This document shows positions 54,133-62,729 of a DNA stretch of 64,000 bases, piece by piece (positions within the stretch are counted from its first letter, which is position 1; each line of letters opens with the position of its first letter). The stretch spans positions 173,725 through 237,724 of IMG/VR virus record IMGVR_UViG_3300042291_000844; one strand, 5' to 3'. The position numbers were made by a program, and so were the translations under genes. The DNA is from a virus. Taxonomy: Duplodnaviria; Caudoviricetes. The notes beneath the pieces are model-generated. The model was not told the origin of the DNA, made no database searches, and was given only the letters and a program-made list of their open reading frames with translations.

Positions 54133-56609
54133 AATGTTAAATTTAATGTTAAAGAAATTGTTTGTTCATTGTTTGTTTTTATCAAATTTCGGTTTTGTAA
54201 TTTTTGATAATAGATTGATTGTTGGCCAAACAAATCACCTATTGCCAATTTTATTTCACCTTTATTTAATTTATGTAAAAGGGTCACATCCAATACATCT
54301 CTACTATTTTCAAAAATGTCTGGATAACCTTGAAATCCTATTGCTGATATTCTATAGCCTACTCTATTGTAAGTTACGTTAAGTGTGTTTTTGTTTTTGT
54401 GGATATTAACCCCACCATTTAATACATAATTTGATTGTCCTTGTAATTGTCTTTTAATTCCTTTCACGTTTACTTCCGAATTCATCACCGAAGCGTTTGT
54501 ATAAAAATCAAACCATTCAGTTACCTTTTTACGAAACTCTAATTCAACACCATAAAGATACGCGTTATCAGGGTTTGCGTAAGTTAATAATAAGTTAGAT
54601 GGAACTGAACCATCTGCTACTACTTGTTCAATTGGTTTTATGAAGTTCTTACCAAATAGGGATACTGAAATATTCTCTCCTACTTTTGGATATAATTCCC
54701 ATTTCAAATCTAAATTATATATGTCAGATTTTTCTAATTTAGGATTACCCAATAATTGTGCATTTCTTACAAAATCATAATAAGCAAAATTAGCTACTTC
54801 TCTAAACTCAGGTCTTGCTAATGTTTTACTTAATGAAAATCTATACTTTATTTTTTCTAAATTGTATGAAAGATTTAGAGATGGTAATACATCTAAATAC
54901 TCTCTATTAACTTTAACTTTACTTCCACTAAAATCTGCAGTAGATACATCAAATAAATTATATTCGGTTCTAACACCTGTATTTAATTTCCATAAACCAA
55001 ATTCTTTATCCCACATTACATACCCACTACCTAAATCAAAATCAGCAGTGTATTTGTCTGTATTGTTTGTTATCTCATCTAACATATCAGTTGAAAGATA
55101 ACGGAATATTCTTGCATTAAATCCTCTAATCTTTTTTAAGTAGCCACCACCAATCTTAATATCACCAAATGATTTGTTAATGTTACCACTAAAAGAGTTT
55201 TCATCCATCACACTCCAAAAACGATATGTATCTCTCCACGCCGTAGTATATGGTTCGTTTACTCCTAATGATTTTGTAATTGGATTAACTCTATAATCAG
55301 GTTGTTCTCTTAAAATTAAATTATACCCTAAATTAAAATCCCATGTTTTAAGTTTACCATCGAATTGAGAATTAACTACAATATTATTTATGTGGTTAGA
55401 TGAATTACTATGAACATTCTGAACATTATCATAGTTCTCACCATTTCTATTCATATAAGAATCATCCGTTTGATAGTTCACTAATGTTTTCCAACTATAT
55501 CGGTTCTCACCTAAATAAGTTAAATTCAATAAACCATTTGCGGAAAATCTTTTTGTATACAATGTATCTCTATAATCGTATGCTAATTCGGTTGAGGATT
55601 GGTAATCGATTCTATCTATGTAATTTATTCCATATGTGTTTCTAAGGGTTGAACTGAATAGAGCGTTGAATTTATTTTTCTTTACACCAAATGATATCCC
55701 ACCATTTAAGTTTGGAGATGATGTAACCCCATCTAGTATTGGATTATTAAATTGCTTTGTGTATAATCTTTTATCACCATTACTACTAACTCTATATCCG
55801 TATGTAGAGGGGAATGTGGAAGGGAATTCAGTAGCTTGAACTAACTTAAAATCCTTTAAAGTTGAAACTAAACCCCAACCACTTCCCAATGAGATATTAA
55901 AAAAGTTATCAGAAACTTCTTTTGTTGTAATCTGAACCAATCCACCACTCCAATCACCTGGCTGATTTGCCGATGCTGATTTAGCAACTATAATATTATC
56001 AATTAATGCTGTTGGAATTATATCAAATGAAAATGCTCTCCTATCAGGTTCGGTTGATGGTAGTAGGGTTTTGTTTAAGATAGCTGAATTGTATCTATCC
56101 GCCAATCCTCTTACTAATACAAACTTATCGTTTTGGATTGTTACACCACTTACTCTTTTAAGAGCATCACCAACATTTCTATCAGGTGTTTTTTTAATGA
56201 ATTCTATGGATACTCCATCGGATACTACATTACTATTTCGGATTGTTCTAACTACTGCTACATCAGTTACTTTTTGATTTGCTGCTCTAACAACGACTTC
56301 TGATAATTGCTTTGTATCATCCAACAATATAATATCAAATGTAGTATCTGATATTAAGTTTATTTGTGTTGTATAGGTAGTATAACCAACATAAGATGCT
56401 TTGATTTTATATACACCTAATTTTAGATTGATTTTGTATTCAGCGTTTTCATTAGAAATTGTAGAAAACTTATTACCATTCACATCTTCAAATGTAATAT
56501 GTGAAAAATATATTTTTTCGGTTTTGGATTTTGTTTCTCCACTTAATTGGGAGGTTTGAGAAAATGCTACAAATGGAAATAGTAACAAAATAAAAAAGAA
56601 ACGGGCCAT
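54129..56609 (-). CDS. TonB-dependent outer-membrane receptor
   Basis: Signal peptide, CarboxypepD_reg-like N-domain (ASYVGY), LSEVVV, plug DALKRVSGV..VRGLADRY, barrel RPEFRE..GNPKL. Confidence 0.92.
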   Translation of the reverse strand: MARFFFILLLFPFVAFSQTSQLSGETKSKTEKIYFSHITFEDVNGNKFSTISNENAEYKINLKLGVYKIKASYVGYTTYTTQINLISDTTFDIILLDDTKQLSEVVVRAANQKVTDVAVVRTIRNSNVVSDGVSIEFIKKTPDRNVGDALKRVSGVTIQNDKFVLVRGLADRYNSAILNKTLLPSTEPDRRAFSFDIIPTALIDNIIVAKSASANQPGDWSGGLVQITTKEVSDNFFNISLGSGWGLVSTLKDFKLVQATEFPSTFPSTYGYRVSSNGDKRLYTKQFNNPILDGVTSSPNLNGGISFGVKKNKFNALFSSTLRNTYGINYIDRIDYQSSTELAYDYRDTLYTKRFSANGLLNLTYLGENRYSWKTLVNYQTDDSYMNRNGENYDNVQNVHSNSSNHINNIVVNSQFDGKLKTWDFNLGYNLILREQPDYRVNPITKSLGVNEPYTTAWRDTYRFWSVMDENSFSGNINKSFGDIKIGGGYLKKIRGFNARIFRYLSTDMLDEITNNTDKYTADFDLGSGYVMWDKEFGLWKLNTGVRTEYNLFDVSTADFSGSKVKVNREYLDVLPSLNLSYNLEKIKYRFSLSKTLARPEFREVANFAYYDFVRNAQLLGNPKLEKSDIYNLDLKWELYPKVGENISVSLFGKNFIKPIEQVVADGSVPSNLLLTYANPDNAYLYGVELEFRKKVTEWFDFYTNASVMNSEVNVKGIKRQLQGQSNYVLNGGVNIHKNKNTLNVTYNRVGYRISAIGFQGYPDIFENSRDVLDVTLLHKLNKGEIKLAIGDLFGQQSIYYQKLQNRNLIKTNNEQTISLTLNLTL

Positions 56610-56661
56610 AAATTATTTAAGTTAGTTCCTCAATAATTATGCTCTCGCTTCTTTTAATAGG

Positions 56662-56688
56662 TTAATTCAATATTAACAAATTATTATC
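56662..56688 (-). promoter_or_regulatory. Three 11-bp-phased repeats (PhoB/OmpR-box-like) upstream of the TBDR
   Basis: Minus strand GATAA/GTTAA/ATTAA; plus-strand starts 56684, 56673, 56662. Confidence 0.4.
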
Positions 56689-56691
56689 ATA

Positions 56692-57393
56692 TTACCACTT
56701 TCTACAAGACCAATAATTTGCTTTTGTTCTTGGTCCTGGTGAATCACAATTCATTCTTGCTCTAAATGATTTTCTAGCAGCAGGATTATCTTTCTTAATT
56801 ACCATTCCCTTTTGGCCAAAGTTTACTTTAATAACTTTACCTGTCTTAGGATTCTTTACATACACTTTGAATTTCTTAACATCACCTTGCATTGGTTTGC
56901 CTAACTTAACTTCTCTACCTTTGTATTCTGCTTCATAAACACAATTACAATTTGCTTCTTTTAGTTCGGTTTTATATCCTTTTAAGTAATTTAAGAAATC
57001 CTCCTCATCATCATCCTCTACATCCAATTCATCGTACTCATCTGAATTATCGTATCCACATTTATGACAAGTATACGGGTCTTCTCCCCCATCTTCTAAA
57101 TCCCAATCCCAACCACACTCTGCACATTTTATTGTATCAGTTTCTACACCTTCTTTAATGCTTCTTTTTTGTTGAATTATTTGTTGTATTTGTGAGAATA
57201 TACTTTGTATATCTTTGTCTAATTGTTTTTCATCCGCACTCATTGGGGATTCTATATCCATATTAGAATATAGTTTTTTCTTTTTAGCAATTAAAACATC
57301 TACTTTTTTAATTAAATCGTGTCTTACCTTATCTAAATCTTTTATAATATCAGATGCAGTTGCTTCGTTTAATATTTTCTTTAACTTTATCAT
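56692..57393 (-). CDS. Modular phage protein with Zn ribbon and conserved basic C-terminal domain
   Basis: MIKLKKILNEA leader; CAEC..CHKC; RKSFRARMNC...ANYWSCRKW. Confidence 0.7.
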   Translation of the reverse strand: MIKLKKILNEATASDIIKDLDKVRHDLIKKVDVLIAKKKKLYSNMDIESPMSADEKQLDKDIQSIFSQIQQIIQQKRSIKEGVETDTIKCAECGWDWDLEDGGEDPYTCHKCGYDNSDEYDELDVEDDDEEDFLNYLKGYKTELKEANCNCVYEAEYKGREVKLGKPMQGDVKKFKVYVKNPKTGKVIKVNFGQKGMVIKKDNPAARKSFRARMNCDSPGPRTKANYWSCRKW

Positions 57394-57399
57394 ATTATT

Positions 57400-58119
57400 T
57401 TATTTTTCAAATACACCTTTTTTAATCATTCTGCCTAAAATTCTTGCACAAGCAATATCCAATGCTTTCTTTGTAGATGTTCCAATTGTTGATTGGTTAA
57501 ATTTAACTTCATCAACAGTTGCATCTGAAAGGAGTGATAATTCTCTTGTTGTAACCGCTTCACCCAATCCACTTGCTGCTATAATTTCTCCTGTCTCTGC
57601 ATTTGTAAATCTAACTTGTAAACCCAAACGAGTTACTACTTTATTCTTAACGCCATTACTTAAATTTACGGTCTCATCTTCGGATACTGAAAAATCATAC
57701 ACTTCAATTTCTACAAAATAATGTGCTAATCTAATCTTTCCTCTGCCATCTAACTTATCTTGTGAAATACCAGATTGAGAAGCTTGAAACTGCTTTACCA
57801 TGCGGTTCTTAATTTCTGTCTTATCCTCCGTAAACGTAAACCTGTTAAGATTCTCCAAATATTCCATCGTGATATTAGCCACACCCAAACCCACTTTCTT
57901 TTCTTTGAGTTCAGGATACTGCTCATAAACTTCATCACCAATACCACATTTGAGAATCTGTATTGGGATTTGTTTACCTTCATAATCTAAGAATTGACTA
58001 ATGTCTACTTTTGTTTCGAAACTTGCTTTGTAATTTTCTGTCTTTGTTGTTCCCACAGTTTGGGCAATGGCAACATTGCTTAGTAAAACACCAAGCAAGA
58101 ATATTAATAATTGTTTCAT
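57400..58119 (-). CDS. CsgG/HfaB-family secreted protein
   Basis: Signal peptide; RFTFTE, IEVYDFSVS, LQVRFTNAETGEII, ALDIAC. Confidence 0.7.
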   Translation of the reverse strand: MKQLLIFLLGVLLSNVAIAQTVGTTKTENYKASFETKVDISQFLDYEGKQIPIQILKCGIGDEVYEQYPELKEKKVGLGVANITMEYLENLNRFTFTEDKTEIKNRMVKQFQASQSGISQDKLDGRGKIRLAHYFVEIEVYDFSVSEDETVNLSNGVKNKVVTRLGLQVRFTNAETGEIIAASGLGEAVTTRELSLLSDATVDEVKFNQSTIGTSTKKALDIACARILGRMIKKGVFEK

Positions 58120-58128
58120 ATATTTTTT

Positions 58129-58872
58129 TTATGGATTCCATTTATTTAATGCACTTATATAATTACTTGTCATATGGTCTTTTGCTGTCTTACCAGTGAA
58201 AACTGCTTTAAGGTATTCACCTACTCTTTGCCAATCAACCATCCATTCTTTTATTTTACCCTCATCATCAATCCTTAATTCGGTATTAACATGATGATAT
58301 CCAATATTTGGTGCACGAGTAACAACATCTAAATTATGAACTATTCTTAGGGATTCTATCGGTGATTTATCAAAGTTTTGTTTAAATATTTTATTTCCAA
58401 CTCTTGGACTACCAATGGTACAGCATATAATTTTATTTGATTTGTAAATCGAATAAATCTCATATGCAGATAAGGTTGAAACTGCAGCACCCAAACTATG
58501 ACCACACACAATAATATTATCTATTGAATGTTCTTGACCTAAGTTTTTAAGTGCAACATCTAACGCCTGATATGTTTTATCTTTAACTGCTTCCCACGAT
58601 GATTTGAATCCAATATGAACTTTTTCACCTTCTTCAATGAAAGGAACTTTATCAATTGATGCATCATTTTGGAAATCCTTTTTAGATGAACTCCCTCTCC
58701 AAACAATATAAATTGATTTATCTTTTGTTGCAACGAATCCCTGAGTATCGGATTTTTTATCCTCAACCCATTTAACTAATTTTAAACCCAATGATTTAAA
58801 ATCAATATCTTTTTGGTAAGAATAAACTTTTTCAGTTAAACCAACATTATATAATATTTCATCCTTTGTCAT
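58129..58872 (-). CDS. Lipase class 3
   Basis: VWRGS, VHIGF, CGHSLG, IGSPRVGN, DVVTRAP, terminal DH. Confidence 0.92.
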   Translation of the reverse strand: MTKDEILYNVGLTEKVYSYQKDIDFKSLGLKLVKWVEDKKSDTQGFVATKDKSIYIVWRGSSSKKDFQNDASIDKVPFIEEGEKVHIGFKSSWEAVKDKTYQALDVALKNLGQEHSIDNIIVCGHSLGAAVSTLSAYEIYSIYKSNKIICCTIGSPRVGNKIFKQNFDKSPIESLRIVHNLDVVTRAPNIGYHHVNTELRIDDEGKIKEWMVDWQRVGEYLKAVFTGKTAKDHMTSNYISALNKWNP

Positions 58873-58890
58873 AGTATTTTTTATTTTATA

Positions 58891-59610
58891 TTATGCACCG
58901 AATGCTTTAGTAAATCCTTCAGGACAAGTTTTTGTACATATCAAATCTGCAATAACAGGTGCAAATGCTGCTCCAATCGCAATACCAACTCCAGCCGGTG
59001 TTGCCCATAACTCTGCAGAATCTAAACTTTTACCTAAACAATTTGAAATTATATTTTTTAATAGCGTGTGGTCAATACTATCACTAACGTATGGTATTGC
59101 TAAAAATCCTTCTGTTATAATTTCACTCATCGCCATTACTACCACCACTTTAGCTGCCTTATCCGCAACATAAAGAATTGGTTGTGCCATAAGCGATAGA
59201 GTGGTTGATGTTGCAGCTCCCGCTGGTTGTTCTGGCGCAAATGCTGCCACACACCCCAACCCAATTGCTGCGGTTACTCCTATATTACAAGCATTTTTAT
59301 CGGCCCATTGATATGCATCAATTACCCCTTCTTTTACTTCTTCGTAACCTTCTTTGATTACAGACTCTATTTCATTTCCAATATTAATGAGTACCGGTAC
59401 TACTTCTTCTTCCCACTCTCTACCAGTTACATCTTCAATTCTATGATTTATTTCAGGATGGTCGTGTATGTACCTTATTGCTTTATCGGTAAGTCCCCAT
59501 GATTCACATGTTGAACAAGGGCCGTCACCACCAAATCCATACCATCTTACATTGTTATCTCCGCAATCTGAGCGATGATAAACTATTCCGTCTCCGTTTC
59601 TGTCTGCCAT
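58891..59610 (-). CDS. Hypothetical protein with Ala/Gly-rich hydrophobic helices and Cys pairs
   Basis: 239 aa; TATTTATA upstream. Confidence 0.7.
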   Translation of the reverse strand: MADRNGDGIVYHRSDCGDNNVRWYGFGGDGPCSTCESWGLTDKAIRYIHDHPEINHRIEDVTGREWEEEVVPVLINIGNEIESVIKEGYEEVKEGVIDAYQWADKNACNIGVTAAIGLGCVAAFAPEQPAGAATSTTLSLMAQPILYVADKAAKVVVVMAMSEIITEGFLAIPYVSDSIDHTLLKNIISNCLGKSLDSAELWATPAGVGIAIGAAFAPVIADLICTKTCPEGFTKAFGA

Positions 59611-59645
59611 AATTTTTTTCTTTTTTGTTTATTTTATATAAATAT

Positions 59646-59673
59646 AAAAAAAGGGAGAAATCATCTCCCTTTT
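59646..59673 (-). terminator. Intrinsic terminator (copy 2 of the cassette)
   Basis: AAAAGGGAGA/TCTCCCTTTT, same flank as 52898-52925. Confidence 0.85.
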
Positions 59674-59677
59674 AAAT

Positions 59678-59932
59678 TTATCCCAATTCTTCTTCCTTTG
59701 GTTCTTCTTTTTTATTAAAGATTTTACCCACTTCAGCGATACCAAAAGCACCTAATGTTATGTACATAAATGAATTGTAAATAAATTCATTTACAAGTAA
59801 TTCTTTTCCTAAATAACCAGTTACCAAATCAGTAACTGCAAATGCAGTCATTACAATAAATGATGCAAACCCTACGATTGTTTTCTCATTCAAATCATTT
59901 GAATCTTTGAAAATATCAGTAAATTTAGCCAT
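59678..59932 (-). CDS. Small 2-TM protein, holin-like
   Basis: Two TM helices and a charged C-terminus. Confidence 0.55.
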   Translation of the reverse strand: MAKFTDIFKDSNDLNEKTIVGFASFIVMTAFAVTDLVTGYLGKELLVNEFIYNSFMYITLGAFGIAEVGKIFNKKEEPKEEELG

Positions 59933-59978
59933 AGTCTTTTTTCCTTTTTTTTAATTATGAAACTATGTAACCTTTATT

Positions 59979-60602
59979 TTATCCTACTTGTTCGGCATCT
60001 TCATCTCTGATTTTGCCACATTTTAAACATTCTTCTTCACCATCACCATCCAAATCTCCCCATACGTGCTCACATTGTCTATGTGCAAAGTACATATCGA
60101 TTTTACCATCACCATCAAAATCTATACCATCCATTGTACCATCACCATCTTCATCCACTTCAATACCTGTTCTTGGTTTTGTGGTTGGTACTTGTTCAAA
60201 TGTATCGTTTACCTTTTCTATTTTTGAGTTTTCAATAGCGGTTTGAAACGCCTCTGGTATGATTGGTGTGTTGTTTGGTGGAGTTACCGGCATATCAGCA
60301 GTGTTGCTCATTGCCGTACCATCTTCCTCATCCATCTTTTGAACTAACATCTTATCCTTATCCGTATCACTAAACCAATAGTCAATGATTTTACCATAAG
60401 AACCAATGAAAGCTCCTAATAATAAAAGTAAAAGTTCTTTCCACTCACCTTCTATTGCTGATTTATTTAATATGGCGAAGAACATTCCACCTATAATAAA
60501 CATAAATCCACCCAATACCAATGCGGTGATGTACCATCTTCTGGCCATCATATTACTTAATAAATCTTTAAAACCACTTGGGGGTTGATTATTTTCTGAC
60601 AT
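59979..60602 (-). CDS. 2-TM protein with DxDGDG Ca-binding-like repeats
   Basis: DEDGDG, DFDGDG, DLDGDG; CxH..CxxC. Confidence 0.7.
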   Translation of the reverse strand: MSENNQPPSGFKDLLSNMMARRWYITALVLGGFMFIIGGMFFAILNKSAIEGEWKELLLLLLGAFIGSYGKIIDYWFSDTDKDKMLVQKMDEEDGTAMSNTADMPVTPPNNTPIIPEAFQTAIENSKIEKVNDTFEQVPTTKPRTGIEVDEDGDGTMDGIDFDGDGKIDMYFAHRQCEHVWGDLDGDGEEECLKCGKIRDEDAEQVG

Positions 60603-60625
60603 TTTACTTATTCTCTTTTTTTAAG

Positions 60626-60787
60626 TTACGGCCTATGTGGCCATTTCCAACCTTTTTTTCTACTTCTTATTACTAAATAACTGCTACCTCCAATAAAAGA
60701 TGTTAAAAACATCAATGGAGAATTAAATACAAACATAGCTATCGTACACAATACAATTACCACTATAAAACTTAACCCCTGTTCCAT
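60626..60787 (-). CDS. Small 2-TM protein
   Basis: Start moved to MEQGLSF at 60787. Confidence 0.6.
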   Translation of the reverse strand: MEQGLSFIVVIVLCTIAMFVFNSPLMFLTSFIGGSSYLVIRSRKKGWKWPHRP

Positions 60788-60788
60788 A

Positions 60789-61097
60789 TTACCACTTAGG
60801 TGCTTCTTCTTTAAATTCATCACCTTCTTTTTTCTTTGGTTTTGGTGCCGGTGCTGGTTTAGCACTACCATCTCCACCCTTATTGATGATTATAGTTTTA
60901 GTACCGCCTGATACTTGTTGAGGTGCTGCTTGATTGATGTTGATTACTGGTGCTGATTGTTGAACCGGTGCTTCATCTTTTTCACCCGTAATAATTTTTG
61001 TGACATACGCCGCAATACCTAATGATATTGTACTTACAACTGTGATTAGAATACCTTTAAAAGATTTTCCCGTTGATTCCTCTTGTTCTTCTGCCAT
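60789..61097 (-). CDS. Single-TM protein with Q/P/K-rich tail
   Basis: 102 aa. Confidence 0.7.
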   Translation of the reverse strand: MAEEQEESTGKSFKGILITVVSTISLGIAAYVTKIITGEKDEAPVQQSAPVININQAAPQQVSGGTKTIIINKGGDGSAKPAPAPKPKKKEGDEFKEEAPKW

Positions 61098-61112
61098 TGT
61101 TAATTCTCCTAT

Positions 61113-61484
61113 TTATAGTTTGTTAAAATCCGTTATTCCTAATTGGTTACCCTTTGCATCAAATAATCCTACTCTATATGCAGATGATGGTAAAGCAGTT
61201 GTATATACTTTTAGTATATTATCACCAACTTTTACATCACTTGTTGATTTAGATACTACTCTATTAGCAATATCAAAAATCTTTATAGTTACAGTTTGTG
61301 CTACATCACTTTTTACATTCATAGATACTTCCGATGTTACGAATGGTGATTGTAATTTAATACCAACCGCATTAGCTATTTTTAAATTATCAGTAGCCTC
61401 AGGTCTGATTGGTTCTATAATATCATCTTTATAACAACCGGTTAATAATACTGATAATGCAATTATTGAAATTAATTTTTTCAT
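61113..61484 (-). CDS. Lipoprotein with T9SS-CTD-like Ig domain
   Basis: Lipobox LTGC; TIKIFDIANRVV...ALPSSAYRV. Confidence 0.6.
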   Translation of the reverse strand: MKKLISIIALSVLLTGCYKDDIIEPIRPEATDNLKIANAVGIKLQSPFVTSEVSMNVKSDVAQTVTIKIFDIANRVVSKSTSDVKVGDNILKVYTTALPSSAYRVGLFDAKGNQLGITDFNKL

Positions 61485-61494
61485 ATGGTTTCCC

Positions 61495-61839
61495 TTATTT
61501 GGTTATTATTGTTGTTTTACCTATTTCTTTTTTAGTAACATCTTCTAATAACAAATATAAATATTGAGATTGTATTGAATTCGTATAAATCTTCTTTATA
61601 TTTTCACCACTTTGACCGGCGAATCGTTCCCTACTTACAACTTGTCCACTTTCTTTATCAATTAAAGTTAAAGTATATACCCCAGTTGATGGTAAATCAA
61701 AGTAAATAGATTGTCCGTTTACTACTCTACTTTCCTTTACACCAAATATCTTTTCAATAGGTATAATTGGGGTTGGTAGTTCTGGTTTGGTACACCCTAC
61801 TAATAAAATTACAAATATAAATAATATCTTTTTCATCAA
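61495..61839 (-). CDS. Lipoprotein with T9SS-CTD/FlgD-like Ig domain
   Basis: Lipobox LVGC; YTLTLIDKESGQVV...YLYLLL. Confidence 0.55.
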   Translation of the reverse strand: MMKKILFIFVILLVGCTKPELPTPIIPIEKIFGVKESRVVNGQSIYFDLPSTGVYTLTLIDKESGQVVSRERFAGQSGENIKKIYTNSIQSQYLYLLLEDVTKKEIGKTTIITK

Positions 61840-62729
61840 AATTGAAAGTTTGTTCCTATCATAAATAGGATTGGGTTACTCTTTTTATATCCAACTGACT
61901 CACTTAATTTATCCCAAGTTGTGTTATATCTGATATTAGTGTTTAATATAAATCTTTTGGTTATTTTCCAATCCATAGATGTACCATAATATAAATCCAA
62001 ATTGAAATCATCTACATATGCTAAATCCGATGCAGTACCATCTTTGAATACCTTGTAGATATCACTCATTGCGAATATTTGTGGTGAGATGTTTACTCTT
62101 TTTGTTTTCAATGTATATGTGTACATCACCATACCCCTATAACTTATTTCACTTGATGCCGGCACCATTGGATATATTAAATCTTTAAAATCACCATTTG
62201 CATCTACTATATATTTTCCTTCCCACTCACCCTGATAAGTTCCCCAAAATGATTTTGAAGCAATTAAACTATATCCAAATGTCCCAAATTTTTTAGTTCT
62301 GAATACATCGATGAATGATAGTGTAATATCTTTTTGAAAATCAAAATCGGTTGAATAGAATGATTGTAATGTAGTAGTTCTTTTTTCAGTATTTTTACTT
62401 AAACCATACCCCACACCATAATAGTTCCATATAGGATTTATTGATGCTGCGAATGTATGTCCCCACTGCCCATTCATAGATGATTTATTATAACCCAAAT
62501 TAAGAGTTGTTGATATCTGCTTTCCAATTATACCAACTGATAAGTTTGAAGATGAAAGTACATCTTTTGAAAAATTAACATAGGATTGTAATATACCCAC
62601 ATCGTTCCAATCATCACTTTCTCCAAATAGTTCCTTTGGTGATAGTTGTAATGTATCAGGTTTTTGTATTTGTGCATTTGATACAAATCCAATTAAAACT
62701 AATGATATGATTAATAATAGTTTTTTCAT
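61836..62729 (-). CDS. Outer-membrane beta-barrel protein, paralog of the 48768..50324 barrel
   Basis: Signal SNA-Q; ISPQIFAMS..DWKITKRF vs ISPQVFVMS..DYRISKRF; terminal Phe. Confidence 0.7.
   Translation of the reverse strand: MKKLLLIISLVLIGFVSNAQIQKPDTLQLSPKELFGESDDWNDVGILQSYVNFSKDVLSSSNLSVGIIGKQISTTLNLGYNKSSMNGQWGHTFAASINPIWNYYGVGYGLSKNTEKRTTTLQSFYSTDFDFQKDITLSFIDVFRTKKFGTFGYSLIASKSFWGTYQGEWEGKYIVDANGDFKDLIYPMVPASSEISYRGMVMYTYTLKTKRVNISPQIFAMSDIYKVFKDGTASDLAYVDDFNLDLYYGTSMDWKITKRFILNTNIRYNTTWDKLSESVGYKKSNPILFMIGTNFQF

Noticed and set aside
3130-61434. Plus-strand ORFs in the track (e.g. 31169..31495, 35822..36316, 49492..50022, 61000..61434)
   Set aside because: They are antisense shadows of well-supported minus-strand genes, with no motifs or promoters; 49492..50022 simply mirrors a low-complexity region.
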